Source: Chrysemys picta bellii
Lineage: Eukaryota
Length of the DNA: 64,000 nucleotides
Assembly: GCF_011386835.1 (NCBI RefSeq)
Contig: NC_088793.1
Span: forward strand, 143,158,001 to 143,222,000
Reading direction: 5' to 3'
Numbering within the stretch: the first letter of the stretch is position 1; every line of letters begins with the position of its first letter. Positions 12,803-24,266 of the stretch are shown here, one piece after another. The notes beneath the pieces were generated by a model. The model saw only the letters and a program-made list of their open reading frames with translations, was not told the DNA's origin and ran no database searches. The position numbers and the translations under genes are program-made.

Positions 12803-13749
12803 TGCTTTTCTCAAAAGGAAAAGTATCAGAGCAACTGAGAGGAAGGGTATTGATTTAATGCCAGACAACCGCATCAACACACAACTCATTATTTTATAAT
12901 TTGTAGTTTTATGAACCTTAGACTAGCATTTTCATGGTTCCATTTTTGGTCCACACAGAATTTAATGAACTTGCTCCTGGCCAGCAACTCTAATGTCGGA
13001 AAACTTTTTAGTTTTAAAAGCATAAAAGCCAACATATTCTCTAGACAGTTTTTTTTCAAACATCCAGCCATATGGGTAGCTGCCCTTGATAGCTTCCTTA
13101 AACCTCCATTAAGACTTAATAGCCATTTCCTTTTATTCACCCCATCTATGAACAGAATCTATGAACTAAAGAAGAATGCACAAGGCTAAATTCACAAAGC
13201 TTTTTAAAAGTATAGCTCTTGGGATTTTTTTATTCCCTGTATTTTGGCTAACTTTAAATCATTGATTTATGAGCATCTGGTTTATGAGTAAGTGAGATAT
13301 ATAAATAAAATATGGTAGGATTAGGCCTTGATCTTTGGGCCACTGAAATCAATAAGAGTTTAATATTGACTACCATGGGAGCAGGAGCAGGCCCTCGAGC
13401 TGTGTTTCTGCAAATATTTAAGCACATGAGTATCTTTATACGAGTAGTTAGATTGAATGTAACTGTAATAATTTCAGTCACTCACGTATAAAAACTGGAA
13501 TGTTTAAGTGCTTGCAGCCTAGGGGCCTAAAAATGTTAACTAGTTTTAAGTATTAATAGCACCTTTAGTTTCTAAAACACCTATGTCCGGATCCAACTCT
13601 ACTGAAGTCAATGTGAGTCTTTCCACTGAGTTTAATTGGCTTTGGATCAGACCCCTAGAGCCCAAATTTTCTTCTAGATTGCAGAGGTCTTCAAATTATT
13701 ATGACTTGAAGATGATCAGTACCCTTTGTTTAAATCTATTGTTGTTCTT

Positions 13750-14383
13750 TAAGAACATAAATATAGCCATACTGGATCAGACTAATGCCCAATCTCATGT
13801 CTTCAGACTGGCCAGAGCCAGATGCTTCAGAGGGAATAAACAGAACAGGGCAACTTCAAATGATTCTTTCCCCTCATCATCCAGTCCCAGCTTCTGGCAG
13901 TCAGAGGCTTAGGAACACCCAGAGCATGGGGCTGTGTCCCTGACCATCCTGGCTAATAGCCATTGATGTACCTGCCCTCCATGAACTTATCTAATTCTTT
14001 TTTGAACCCAGGTATACTTTTGGTATTTACAACATCCCATGGCAACAAGTTGTATGGGGTGACTGTGCATTGTGTATAGTACTTCCTTTTGTTTGTTTTA
14101 ACCCCGTTGCCTATTAATTTCATTGGGTGACCCCTAGTTCTTGCGTTATATGAAGAGGTAAATAACACTTCCTTATTCACTTTCTCCACACCAGTTATGA
14201 TTTTATACACCTCTATAGTATCCGACCCTTAGACATCTCTTTTCTAAGGTGAACAGCCCCAGATTTTTTTAGTCTCTCCTCATGTGGAAGCTGTTCCATT
14301 CCCTTAATCATTGTTGTTGCCCTTCTCTGTATCTTTTCCCATTCTAATATATCTTTCTTGAGATGGGTTAACCAGAACTGCAA
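13750..14383 (-). mobile_element. 5'-truncated CR1 LINE including the decayed ORF2 C-terminus
   Basis: ORF 13953-14210 ([16 protein letters not shown]...RTRGHPMKL...FKKELDKFM) matches the CR1 ORF2 C-terminus; ttatgttctta tail at 13750-13760. Confidence 0.9.
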
Positions 14384-14571
14384 CTTTTAGGCAGCTATGA
14401 ATACCAGAAATACTGACTCCTCTTCCTATGTTTTTACATCCCCAAGTTTATTTTTAGATTTATTTATTTATTTATTTAAGGTTGATCTTGAAGAGAGGGG
14501 ATGGCCAAGGTGGGGGGGAGTCACTGACCGCTAGTGCCTTTGACCTATGAACTGCAGGGCCTTTATATTAA

Positions 14572-14790
14572 AGGAAGAATTGCCAAGTGGTTAGGGTATT
14601 AGCTTGTGATTTGGATGACCTTGGTTTAATCTCTTGTTCTGCCACATATTTCCTGGGTAATCTTGGATAAATCACTTAAACTACTCTTCCCCATCTGTTA
14701 AATGGAGACAATAGCACTTTCCTACCTTACAGGGGTATTGTGAGTTGTTTGGATACTACAGTAAAGGGGTCTGTGCAATACCCTAGATAA
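14572..14790 (+). mobile_element. tRNA-derived CORE-type SINE
   Basis: A-box tgccaagtggttaggg, degenerate B-box ggtttaatctc, CORE-like cttccccatctgttaaatggagacaatagcactttcctacc. Confidence 0.7.
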
Positions 14791-15202
14791 AGATAGAGCT
14801 TGAAAAGGAGGGATCTAGATAGCTCTACAAGAAAACACTAATCTGAGGCCATTTAAAAGGACGTCAGTTATTTCAAGAGATGTTCATTTTGAGACCCACA
14901 GCTACCTATCGTTCCACTCAAATTTGATGTTCTCATCACTGTTATTGTTGAAAATTCTTTTCAGCAAAAAGGAAACATGAAACTGAGGTTACAGATAGCT
15001 ATTCATGTCATGTTACAGGAATGAACCCTACTGTGTTTTAAGTTTCCTGCATGAATAATTTGTTGTATCGCTCATTTTTGGGTCTTGTCATGTGTTGTGT
15101 TCCGCATTTGGGCCTTGGCAGATTGAGAGGTATGAGAGAAAAAGTTAGAGCAGCTGAATCACTTTGTAACAGCAGCAGATGCTTGTGAGTCTAGCAGGTT
15201 CA

Positions 15203-15484
15203 CAGTGCTGCCAACCTCGAGCATCCAAAAAACATGAGTCAGCACCCTAGTCAAATCACGTGATTGCCTTACAAATAATAAATGTAGGCTCTTTTTATTT
15301 GCTCCTCTGGTTTTTGAGCACTCAAACTTTTCTCCACAGCTATGACAGCTAAAAATGTTCTCTCTCCCCCCATCAAATGAAACTCAGATTCTCATGTAAT
15401 CACCAGACTTCAGGAGCTGGATATTTCAGAAAAATACAGAACAACACAAGACTGGCAGTAAAACTGCAAGCGTTAGTAACATTG
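15203..15484. mobile_element. Old hAT-type MITE
   Basis: cagtgctgccaac ... cgttagtaacattg degenerate TIRs; TSD not recognisable. Confidence 0.45.
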
Positions 15485-16479
15485 GGGGACTGGTGGGGGG
15501 GGGGGGGGGGAGGAGGTTCTCTGTCCTTCCAGCCCATCTCTGTTAAAAGAAACAGCTAAGGCCAGATTTTCATTTACCCTAAGTCCTGTTTACACCACAC
15601 TTGATGTGAAGAGGTGTCTTAATTTTGCAAGACATCCCCTCCTCTATGTTTCTTGAGGGGTAACTCTGTGGTCAGCAGTAGATAGTCAACTATTCAGTTT
15701 GGGTTCAAAGGGCCTCCGTTAAGCTAACACTGTCTTCCAGGGGATCTGGGGACTCAATCTCCTGATGACTATTTGCTGGTCAATATAATCTTGAGGATTC
15801 TTTTCAGTTTTCCCCAGAATTAGGTTTCCTAACATTTTCAGGTGGCTTCTCCCCCACTCAGTTTCACCCTAGAGCACTATTCTTGCAGCAAAATGGCAAG
15901 TGTTTTACACTTTAAAGTTGCCTTTTTGCATAGAGCTAGATTTCCCTTTAGAAAGTGTTGGTGTGACATCACCCCAGGAACAGCACAGGAGGACATTGTG
16001 CCAGTGTATGATCCCCTTCATGCTCTCCATCTCCTCCCCCGCCACTCCAGGAAAGTAAAATTTTGCTATTTGTTAATTTAAATAGCAAATTACCACCAAC
16101 AACCCTCCACAGCCAAATCAGCAGTCTTGGCTGGAATATTGGGGCTAAACCAAGACCCTCCCGCTTCCTGTTCACAGCTTGTTCCTCTGTTCAGGGAAGG
16201 CAGCAGTGCAGCCGGCATTCACCACCCCAGTATCCCTGTGTGCCTGGTCTCACGGCTCTGGAAAACAATGGAGAAGTGTAAACAGAAGGAAGGAATTCCT
16301 CCCCCTTATACTCCTGAGCTCCCGTGCAATCCAAACCATGATCAAGAGCAAAGAAATCGGTGGGGACACACGGAATATTTTCCATTTATGCAAATACACG
16401 TTTGCACAGTTTTTTGATGGAATGGAATAATTTCCCCCATAACGCTAACCATTTTATGGAGATATTTCACCCCACTCAC

Positions 16480-16598
16480 CTTTCACGAGACTTATGCTAA
16501 GCCTGAGATATGCTTGTGGTTTTTTTTTCCAAATGGCCCAATAACCTTGTTCAATTTGAAAAAGTAAAACACATTGGGTGCTTATATTAGGCCAAAAG
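16480..16598 (-). other. Exon-like segment; unverified
   Basis: Minus strand ttcttgtcactcgatattgtacgtctcag|CTTTTGG...GTGAAAG|gtgagt. One frame is open, but the peptide is not recognised. Confidence 0.15.
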
Positions 16599-17510
16599 CT
16601 GAGACGTACAATATCGAGTGACAAGAAAATAGAACTTTAAATCTAGACACTAACTAGTGGTGTAAAAAACCAAGATGGACCAGAAATTACCAATTTAGCA
16701 GTAAAAATGGAAATGTATATCTAATATTATTTATACAGTTTAATTATTTCAAGACAAAATTGTAGGGACAAGTTTTATAGCTATTAGGCTATATTGGAAA
16801 ATTGGGTAATGCATAAAAGAACAAGATAATGAATGCTGTTGCATACAGAGATGAAGAAAGTAGCAATAGATCAGCAATAGTAAGGTAGCAATAGATCAAT
16901 TTATCTTTATATTAACGAGTGGCACTGTACAGGAGAGATACAAGACTGCTTCTGTGTCTTCACCAAATGTCATTGCCAATGTCCTTACCACAAAAATGTT
17001 ATTAGTTATTGCTATTCTTCTATTAGACACGAAAGGTCAACTTTATTCCAGTGCAACTCTACTGAAGCCAATATAAAACCCATTTTCTAAACCTTCTGTG
17101 ACTTAATCTCTTCCAATGTGATAGCACATGTAGCTAAACTCTCCAGATTGCATTAAGTTATTAGTCTGCTTTTCCTATGCACATATGCACCCAGACGTAG
17201 TGTTTGGCTGGGGACAATTTTATGCAAAGCTGCAACAATTAATTGATTTGCATTGTCAAAGTCATGTGGGTAACAGAAAAAATGAAAAACTTACACCTAT
17301 TCTCTTTTTAAATTTATTACATAAGAGCAGATAATTTGCAAAAAGACATAGGTAAGATAATGCAAAATCTGCAATTTTCATAAACTGGGGATTTTTTTGT
17401 GGCCCTATTTATCAGGTATCTCAGAAATTCTTTAACAGTTTCCACTAACGTACATATGTATCCAATAATACACGAGCAGTAGGACTTTAGATTTGTTCAT
17501 CGCTCATGAT

Positions 17511-17823
17511 TAGAACTGAGCAAATAATTGGTTTATTGGTTTGTTGGCTAGGTTGAAAAATCTGAAAAAAAATGTTTGTTTGGGTCAAAAAAAGAACCCC
17601 ATTTCTAATAGCTGTTCAATATGTTATCTTTAAATGAAATGTCAATTCAATTTTTTTTTTACATTTCATTTAAAAAAAATCATGTGAAACTATTTGCCAA
17701 ATTCACCCAAATTCCATGAATAGTATTGGTGCCTCTGTCCCTTCTTCCCACCCCAACCTGGGTAAATAGTATTGGTGCATTTTGGGTTAATTCAATATTA
17801 GCCCAAAAAATTGCCCAGCTTTA
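17511..17823. mobile_element. hAT-type MITE with an AT-rich interior
   Basis: tagaactgagcaaataatt ... aaaattgcccagcttta TIRs; weak 8-bp TSD (ctcatgat/tttctgat). Confidence 0.6.
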
Positions 17824-18379
17824 TTTCTGATACATATATTTCTTCATTATAAACTTTCTTGCATTGTAGCTGATTGAAAAGTACAAATCATAATACAGCA
17901 ACATAGGAGGGTGTCTTTGTAAGTTTAAAAATATTGTAGAGAATTCATTTTATATTGCACGCCTCACCACAGAATATGGAAAATATATTTTTCTATGGCT
18001 TAAATTATATGGAAAATATTTCTCTGCTTGGGGAGGGAAAAAAACGTAATTGCCCATAGTACCCCAACTTTACATGAGTGAGAGGGCCTGTCCTCACTTA
18101 CATGAATAGCCCTGATTTAGGCAAGTAAGGGCTGCAGAATTGGGCACAGAAATTAGAAAATATTTTCAGGAAGCTGAATGGAAGTGGGTGTTAGTGCAAA
18201 TAGATGACAAAGAGCCTGGAGAAAGAAATACAACTTGCCTGAATATGGCCAGATTTAGGTTTACTCATACATCTGGTGGGAGTGAATTCCATGGCTTGGT
18301 ACTTTCCAAGGGAGAGCTTGGTGCTGAGAATATTTGATGTCTTGGTCCCAAAACTCATGGAAACCTTAATCTTCAGACA

Positions 18380-18454
18380 AAAAGAACAGGATGCCACAAG
18401 TATTCCTGTTCTTTTTGTAGATACAGACTAACACGGCTGCTACTCTGAAACCAG
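18380..18454 (-). mobile_element. Tiny Penelope-like insertion with an inverted piece and a 10-bp flanking duplication
   Basis: Minus strand ggtttcagagtagcagccgtgttagtctgtatctacaaaaagaacaggaatacttgtggca matches a Penelope terminal repeat; tcttcagaca at 18370-18379 and 18455-18464. Confidence 0.8.
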
Positions 18455-19547
18455 TCTTCAGACAGTTAGCTTAAGTTGCAGACAAGCACTGTTGGCATGG
18501 AGGAGGAGGGTCAGAGAAGGAGAAAAATAAGCTGTTTATACGGAAATGGAAGCAAACAGCCAGATCCCCAGCTAGCCCAAATCCTCATACTTCAATTTAC
18601 TCCAAAAGGGCTTTACTAGGTTACTCTACACATGCTAAATTTGTGCCTCGAAGTACTTAAATATTTTCTGTAAACAAGAAGCTGCAGTATACTGTGCATA
18701 AGAGAAGAATTGGATGATTTTCTAGCTTTAAATCTTACATATTACTGCATTTTTGTTGTTAACCTAAGCAATATAAAACAATTCTCTATTCTTTCGTCTA
18801 CAGATATCCAGGGGGCAATGCGTAGCTAGCTAGATCTATTACAGTTGTTGCCCAGACTTCATAACTATGCACCTAGCCTTATTCAAAAGATGCTGCTGTA
18901 AGGGATTAAAGCAACTGTGCACCATTGAGCTGGAACACAACACTGGATAAATGACTGGTTTGGCTGGCAGAGCCAAGGAAGCCTTTAGTAAAGTTGCAGA
19001 GTTGTGTCGACGGTTACACAGACTCATGATTCAGAGACCAAATGCCTCAGAGAGAATGAACACAAAAGACGACAGAAACAGAAGGGATTAAGCTAGCAAT
19101 TTACAATAAAGTCATACATATAATACACTTATTTCTACAGATTGAGAAAGCACTGTACCTTTATTCCAGTATTTGACCTTTAACTTTGAGCTTTTATGGA
19201 TTTTCAACAATAACAAGCTTGAAAATCTTCTAATTGTAAGTGACGAGGTTGGAGGTACAAAATGGAGCATCAGACTAAAATATATATATACTAAAGGCTA
19301 GTTTCTTATCTACATTAAGGTCACCTTACTTCACAGTAGGTGTGACAAAGGAGGACAGGGCATCTTGCAAATGTAGATACAACCCCATGCTACAGTTACT
19401 TTGCAGTAGATTCCATTCCATAGGTCCAGGAACAATACCTTAGTGATTCATTCTTGGTAACCCATGTGGAAACAGGTATCCTCCACATTTAAATCTGCCA
19501 TGGGGAATAGAAAACAGGGCAGAGAATGGTGTTTTTTGTTAACAAGT

Positions 19548-19735
19548 GGAGTTGTATGGAAAATGGTAAATATTTTCCATGACAATTTTGGAAAGAAATG
19601 AAAAATGCTGGAGCGTTGGGTTGAAAAAAACAAAAAATTTCAAATAAAATGAATATTCACTGACATTTTTATTTAGAAAGAGAGGTCATTTTTCTCTGAA
19701 AACAATTTGAATAGAAAATTTTCAACAATCTCTGT
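19548..19735. mobile_element. Degenerate hAT-type MITE
   Basis: ggagttgtatggaaaatgg ... aaaattttcaacaatctct; similar architecture to 52296-52730. Confidence 0.35.
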
Positions 19736-21129
19736 TAATGCCCTCATTTTTTTAAAGGAAAAGACAAGTATATTCTTTTAAACCAGAGACAAAAATGTTG
19801 TTATTGATAATGGGTGACCGATGCTATAGCAAAGGGCACCAATATACATTTCTAAATAATACAAAACTAAATAAATATGTATCAAAATGGAGTTCATTCT
19901 CCTTTTCCTTGCACATGCATTCTGAATTCAACCAGTCTTCAAACTGTTTTATTTTTTAATACTGTAATAACCTGGACAACTTAAAATTCTGGAATATTTT
20001 TATCATCCTGTTAATCAAAGTGCAGTACAGTCTTTCCTTAACCAAATGATATTTGTGAAAATGTCTGAACATAACTAATTGCACTTTAAAAGGATAATTG
20101 ACTTAAAAAACTTAATAATTTGAATGCCTCTGGAATTTACCTGAAGGCAGCAAGTCACTTTCATTTAGCTCTCATTAAATAAAGATGAGCTGATGTGGCT
20201 GAAGCCTATGGTACAAATCTGTCCAAACAACGGAGTAATTGCTATAGTCGTATTGCTAGGAATAGAAAGGTAGGGGTCCTGTGTGGAGTCACGATACATT
20301 TTAATGGGAAGGACAGGAAGCCGGGTTCCTTTCCTGGTAAATTTTGAAATACCTGCCCTTGAGAATATTTTAGAGTTTGATTTTACACCCAAATCTTGGG
20401 AACCCACATGCAATTTGTTTAGAATTTTAAAGGAAATTGTTAGTATTGTTCATTTGAACAACTATCAACTTCAATTACACTTTTGTCCAAACATTTTCAC
20501 CTTCTGTTCACACTATATAACACCCTACGATCACTAAAACAGAATGAAGATTCAATGCACAATAGTTCTTTCTCCTTGTACATAAGCAGTAGACCTGGTT
20601 GAAAAAGGGACAAAATAGTCACACAATGTGTGTACTCATTTCTTAATGAAAATTAAGATTTTTGATGTAAAATATCATTGACAATGTCAATTCTGAACAA
20701 TTTTGAACAGCCATAATAGTCAGTTTCACTTGTACAGTGAGTTGTACAGTTGTACTTGTACAGTTTCACTTGTACAGTGAGCCCATTAAAATGAAAGGCA
20801 ATACTCACTTACCTAAAGTTAAACATGTGTTTTGCTGAATAAAGGCCTAAATCAGTCAGTTTCCCCTGTTGTTGGTTAGGAACTTTCATAGAGAAAAAAG
20901 AGAGAGAAAAAAATTTCAAACCAGGAAAATTGTAAAGCCACAAAAATTGGCAGGGACTCTTTTCTAAAACTTACTAGATTGCAAGTTGAGGTCGCCCCTT
21001 TTAAAACACTGGCAAACCATGCACCAAAAGCCCTAACCCCCAAATGCACATGAGTATTTTAGTGTGTCTCATGGATAGCTTCTACCACAAGGACACCTAT
21101 GGAGCCCTGGTTGCAGTTGTTTAAATCTG

Positions 21130-21154
21130 CTCTCTCTCTCTCTCTCTCTCTCTC
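21130..21154. repeat. (CT)n microsatellite
   Basis: About 12 perfect CT units. Confidence 0.95.
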
Positions 21155-21372
21155 GGTAAACCTCTAGAGTAAGGCAGTTGGTTGGAGTCTTGCTCAGGTG
21201 CAGTTGCTTCCATGGGTGCTGGTGCAAGAAGAAGGGGTAAAATTTGCATCATCGCTGTACATGTTCTTTTTATTTAATTGTCCTTTTAAAAAAATGAAAA
21301 GTTACACAGAAAGATCAGATGTTTTTTGGCTAATATCCATTATCCTGTATGTTTCTAAGATTAGTCAGTACA

Positions 21373-21430
21373 AGGAGCTGGACTTGATGACTTTTCAAGG
21401 TCCTTTCCTGTCCTACATTTCTAGAATTCC
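21373..21430 (+). mobile_element. CR1 3' tail remnant
   Basis: ggagctggacttgatgacttttcaaggtcctttcctgtcctacatttcta resembles the CR1 terminal ggactagatgacct...gtcccttcc...ttcta. Confidence 0.6.
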
Positions 21431-23373
21431 TACATTTTTATGTACCTGTAAAATTGCAAGCGTGTGGGCATCTGATTATTCATAGGAAATAGCGAGGAGA
21501 CCAACAACTTGATTATCATAGACTAAATGGGTAAACGCTCCATTTTATTGGTGCAAATTAACCCACCAAAAATATAGGGGTTGCTTCCATTTGCCTTTCC
21601 TTCCCATCCAGCAATCCAAAGCTGTGCTGTCAGGCAGCAAGTAACAGAGTGGCACCCCTGTAATCATTATCTAAGGAGCCTCCTTGTAGAATGGCAACAA
21701 TCAGTCAGGAATCCAGGAGCAGAACAGACTCCTCTGAGAAGGAAAGATTCCATTCAGGGAGGAGCCAGAAAGGGTTGAGGCTTTAGGCAACCTGGAAGTT
21801 AGGGAAGACTGTAGAAGATAGAATAGATTATGAAAATCATGTTTCTGCCTTTTCCAGGTCTCAGTTAGGGCTGTTTGGCTGGCAATGCCTGGAGTAAATA
21901 TACATTTAAAATTAACTGGGTAGCAGCCGTGATAAGAGAAACACTCTAATAAGCATCTGAGGAAAGACTGGATAAATAAAATCTCACCAGAGGGAGTCTA
22001 TCTCCCTGGGCGAGGTTCTGACTCAACAGCGAAAGGGTTTCTGGAACTTTCAGTCTTTCCCCCAGAGGACTGAGCTGTAATAACACCTGAAGTGACTAGA
22101 TGTCCCATACAGATAAACAACACCTCATAATCCGATTTTACATAACATCTCTTTTTATTGAAATGTTTTAAAATCTTCTAAATAGCACTGGGTATTTCAA
22201 AACTTGCCAAGAAAGGACCAGATCTTCCCACTTTGTCCTTTTCTCCCAAAATGCATGTTTATTTAGGAAGTTTTAACATGTTTAGAAATTACTATTATCC
22301 CTTCCCCGCACCAAAAAAAAAAAAAAATCAATGCAATTTATTTTTCATTAATGCACCTTTTTTCATTGTGGTAGAAAATGGCCCCACATTGTGAGCATAT
22401 GACACACACACACATGCATTTATTATTTTCCCCTTACTCTACCCTGTCACTACAAATTGTTAAAAGTTCACATCATCACCAATAAGTTGGAGACCCATTA
22501 CACCAAAATTTTCTCTGATCTTGCCTAAAGGGAGTCCTGAAGTCAACTACAGGCTACCGCTCCAAGACTTTTATACAGAAGTTCCTGTTAGCTAATAATT
22601 GCCACTCCTAAAACTCTTTACATTAATCCCAGCTGGGCTGGATTGTGGCTAAGGCTCTCATTATCAGGGAATGGCTGGCAGTTTCACAGATCCCAACTCT
22701 AGCTAGATCAAAACTAATGACAGGAAACTGCTGTTATTTCTTTCAGGTAAAACAGCCTTTTTGAAATGGGGGGAGGGAAGGAAATATATTTATAATCTCT
22801 TCTGGAGAAGAATTGCCCCCAGAACAACCCTCTAATCAGATAAATAAATGTCTAGCTTTTCTAAACTCCTGAGATTGATACAGGTAAAATTTTTAATAAA
22901 CATCTAATATTCAGCAGATACAGCCTTTTGTCTTGTGATTAAACTAGTTTGGGAGAAAAGATGGGAAGGATGATAGATTTTTAATATGGAATTCAGTGTT
23001 TATCTTCAGAAGGAAATAGCATGGTAGATGGAAAATCACCCTTTTGAAAACAAACTGTAGAAAGGGGACATAAGCACACAAGAGCTAATGCCACCTCCTC
23101 TTCTAGCTGGATAAGGCACCTGGAAAAGTTGCTGTAAAAGAAAGTATCTTTGACAGAGGGTTCCACTCTGGGGCTCAAGGGCAGTTCCATCAAAACCTGT
23201 AAGACAAGGAAGTATAGATGGCAAACATGGCTCTCTTGTTTTCATTTCTGCTCCCAAATAATTATCTTCAGAAACAGTCTCTCTGGCAAGCTTTCTTATT
23301 TTCAAAGTATTTAATGTGAAATATACATCCAAATGGCTCAGATTTATCTTTTTTCGCCAACTTTCACGTAAAG

Positions 23374-23480
23374 GGGGAAGATGGTCCAGTGGCCAGGGTG
23401 CTAGGCTGGGAATAGGGATACATGAGTTCCATTTGCTGCTCCAACACAGACTTCCTGTGTGTCCTTGAGCTAGTCCTTTA
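23374..23480 (+). mobile_element. SINE head (tRNA-derived) truncated by a MITE insertion
   Basis: gggaagatggtccagtggccagggtgctag...gagttcc...cagacttcctgtgtgtccttgagc; same type as 14572-14790. Confidence 0.6.
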
Positions 23481-23705
23481 GGCTATGTCTACACTGCACA
23501 GCAATGAAGCCTATGGGGATGTGCTCTAACTGCCCCCCTGTGGACACTGCTGGCATGAACTAAAAGGTACCTAGTTTGTGGTAATGTCCTGTTTGAAAGA
23601 GGACTGTGTTAATATGCACTAGGTACCTTTTAGTTCATGCCAACAGTGCCCACATGGGATAGTGGGCTCCAATTCTTTGGTGCACTCTGCAATTCACACC
23701 CCCTG
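23481..23705. mobile_element. PIF/Harbinger-type MITE, right TIR lost
   Basis: tta|ggctatgtctacact; strong internal palindrome ggcatgaactaaaaggtacctag...ctaggtaccttttagttcatgcc. Confidence 0.7.
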
Positions 23706-23714
23706 GTCCACTTT

Positions 23715-23802
23715 GGCCCAGATCCTCAATGATATGTAGGTGCCTAACTCTCATTGATTTCAATGGGAGCTAGTCACCTAAATACCTCATTGGATCTGGG
23801 CC
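23715..23802. mobile_element. Small palindromic MITE
   Basis: ggcccagatcctcaa ... ttggatctgggcc; closely similar to 53161-53250. Confidence 0.75.
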
Positions 23803-23809
23803 GCAGTTC

Positions 23810-24266
23810 TCCAGATTTCCTGCTCTGAATCAAGCAGAGTGGGGACTTGACCTTGGGCCTCCCACATCCTGGGTGAGGGCTCTCAATGTTGGACCACGGA
23901 GGTGGGGCACCATTTCCTTCTTCTCAGTTTTTCTTGAGAAAAGATTGGCCTGCCTTAGGCACCCATTTCTTTGAATTCCACGTGGAGACAGGTGCCTCCC
24001 TCTGTCCTAGAGGTAGGTGCCTAACTCCCTTTGAGGGGTAGGACCTAAGCCCTACCCCTATCCTTGGCATGTCCTATTGGCCAGCTTGGTCAGCTCACTG
24101 CTCAGCATGGTGTCTCTTGTGGATCTCGTTCTTAGGTGCCTAATTCTCCCCATGAATTGTATAGGGAGCCGGTGCGCTTCACTCTGGCTTGTGAATTCCA
24201 CTAGGCAGCAGGGCACCTAAAACACTGAGCGTTACAAGGCCTAAAACCCTCTTGTGAATCTAGCCC
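23810..24266 (+). mobile_element. Right arm of the TIR-bounded tRNA-module element family
   Basis: Colinear with 48950-49386; ends cttgtgaatctagccc; minus-strand tRNA-like module at about 23838-23895. Confidence 0.7.

Noticed and set aside
15377-15559. ORF with a poly-Gly tract
   Set aside because: It is a translation of a G16 homopolymer next to a MITE.
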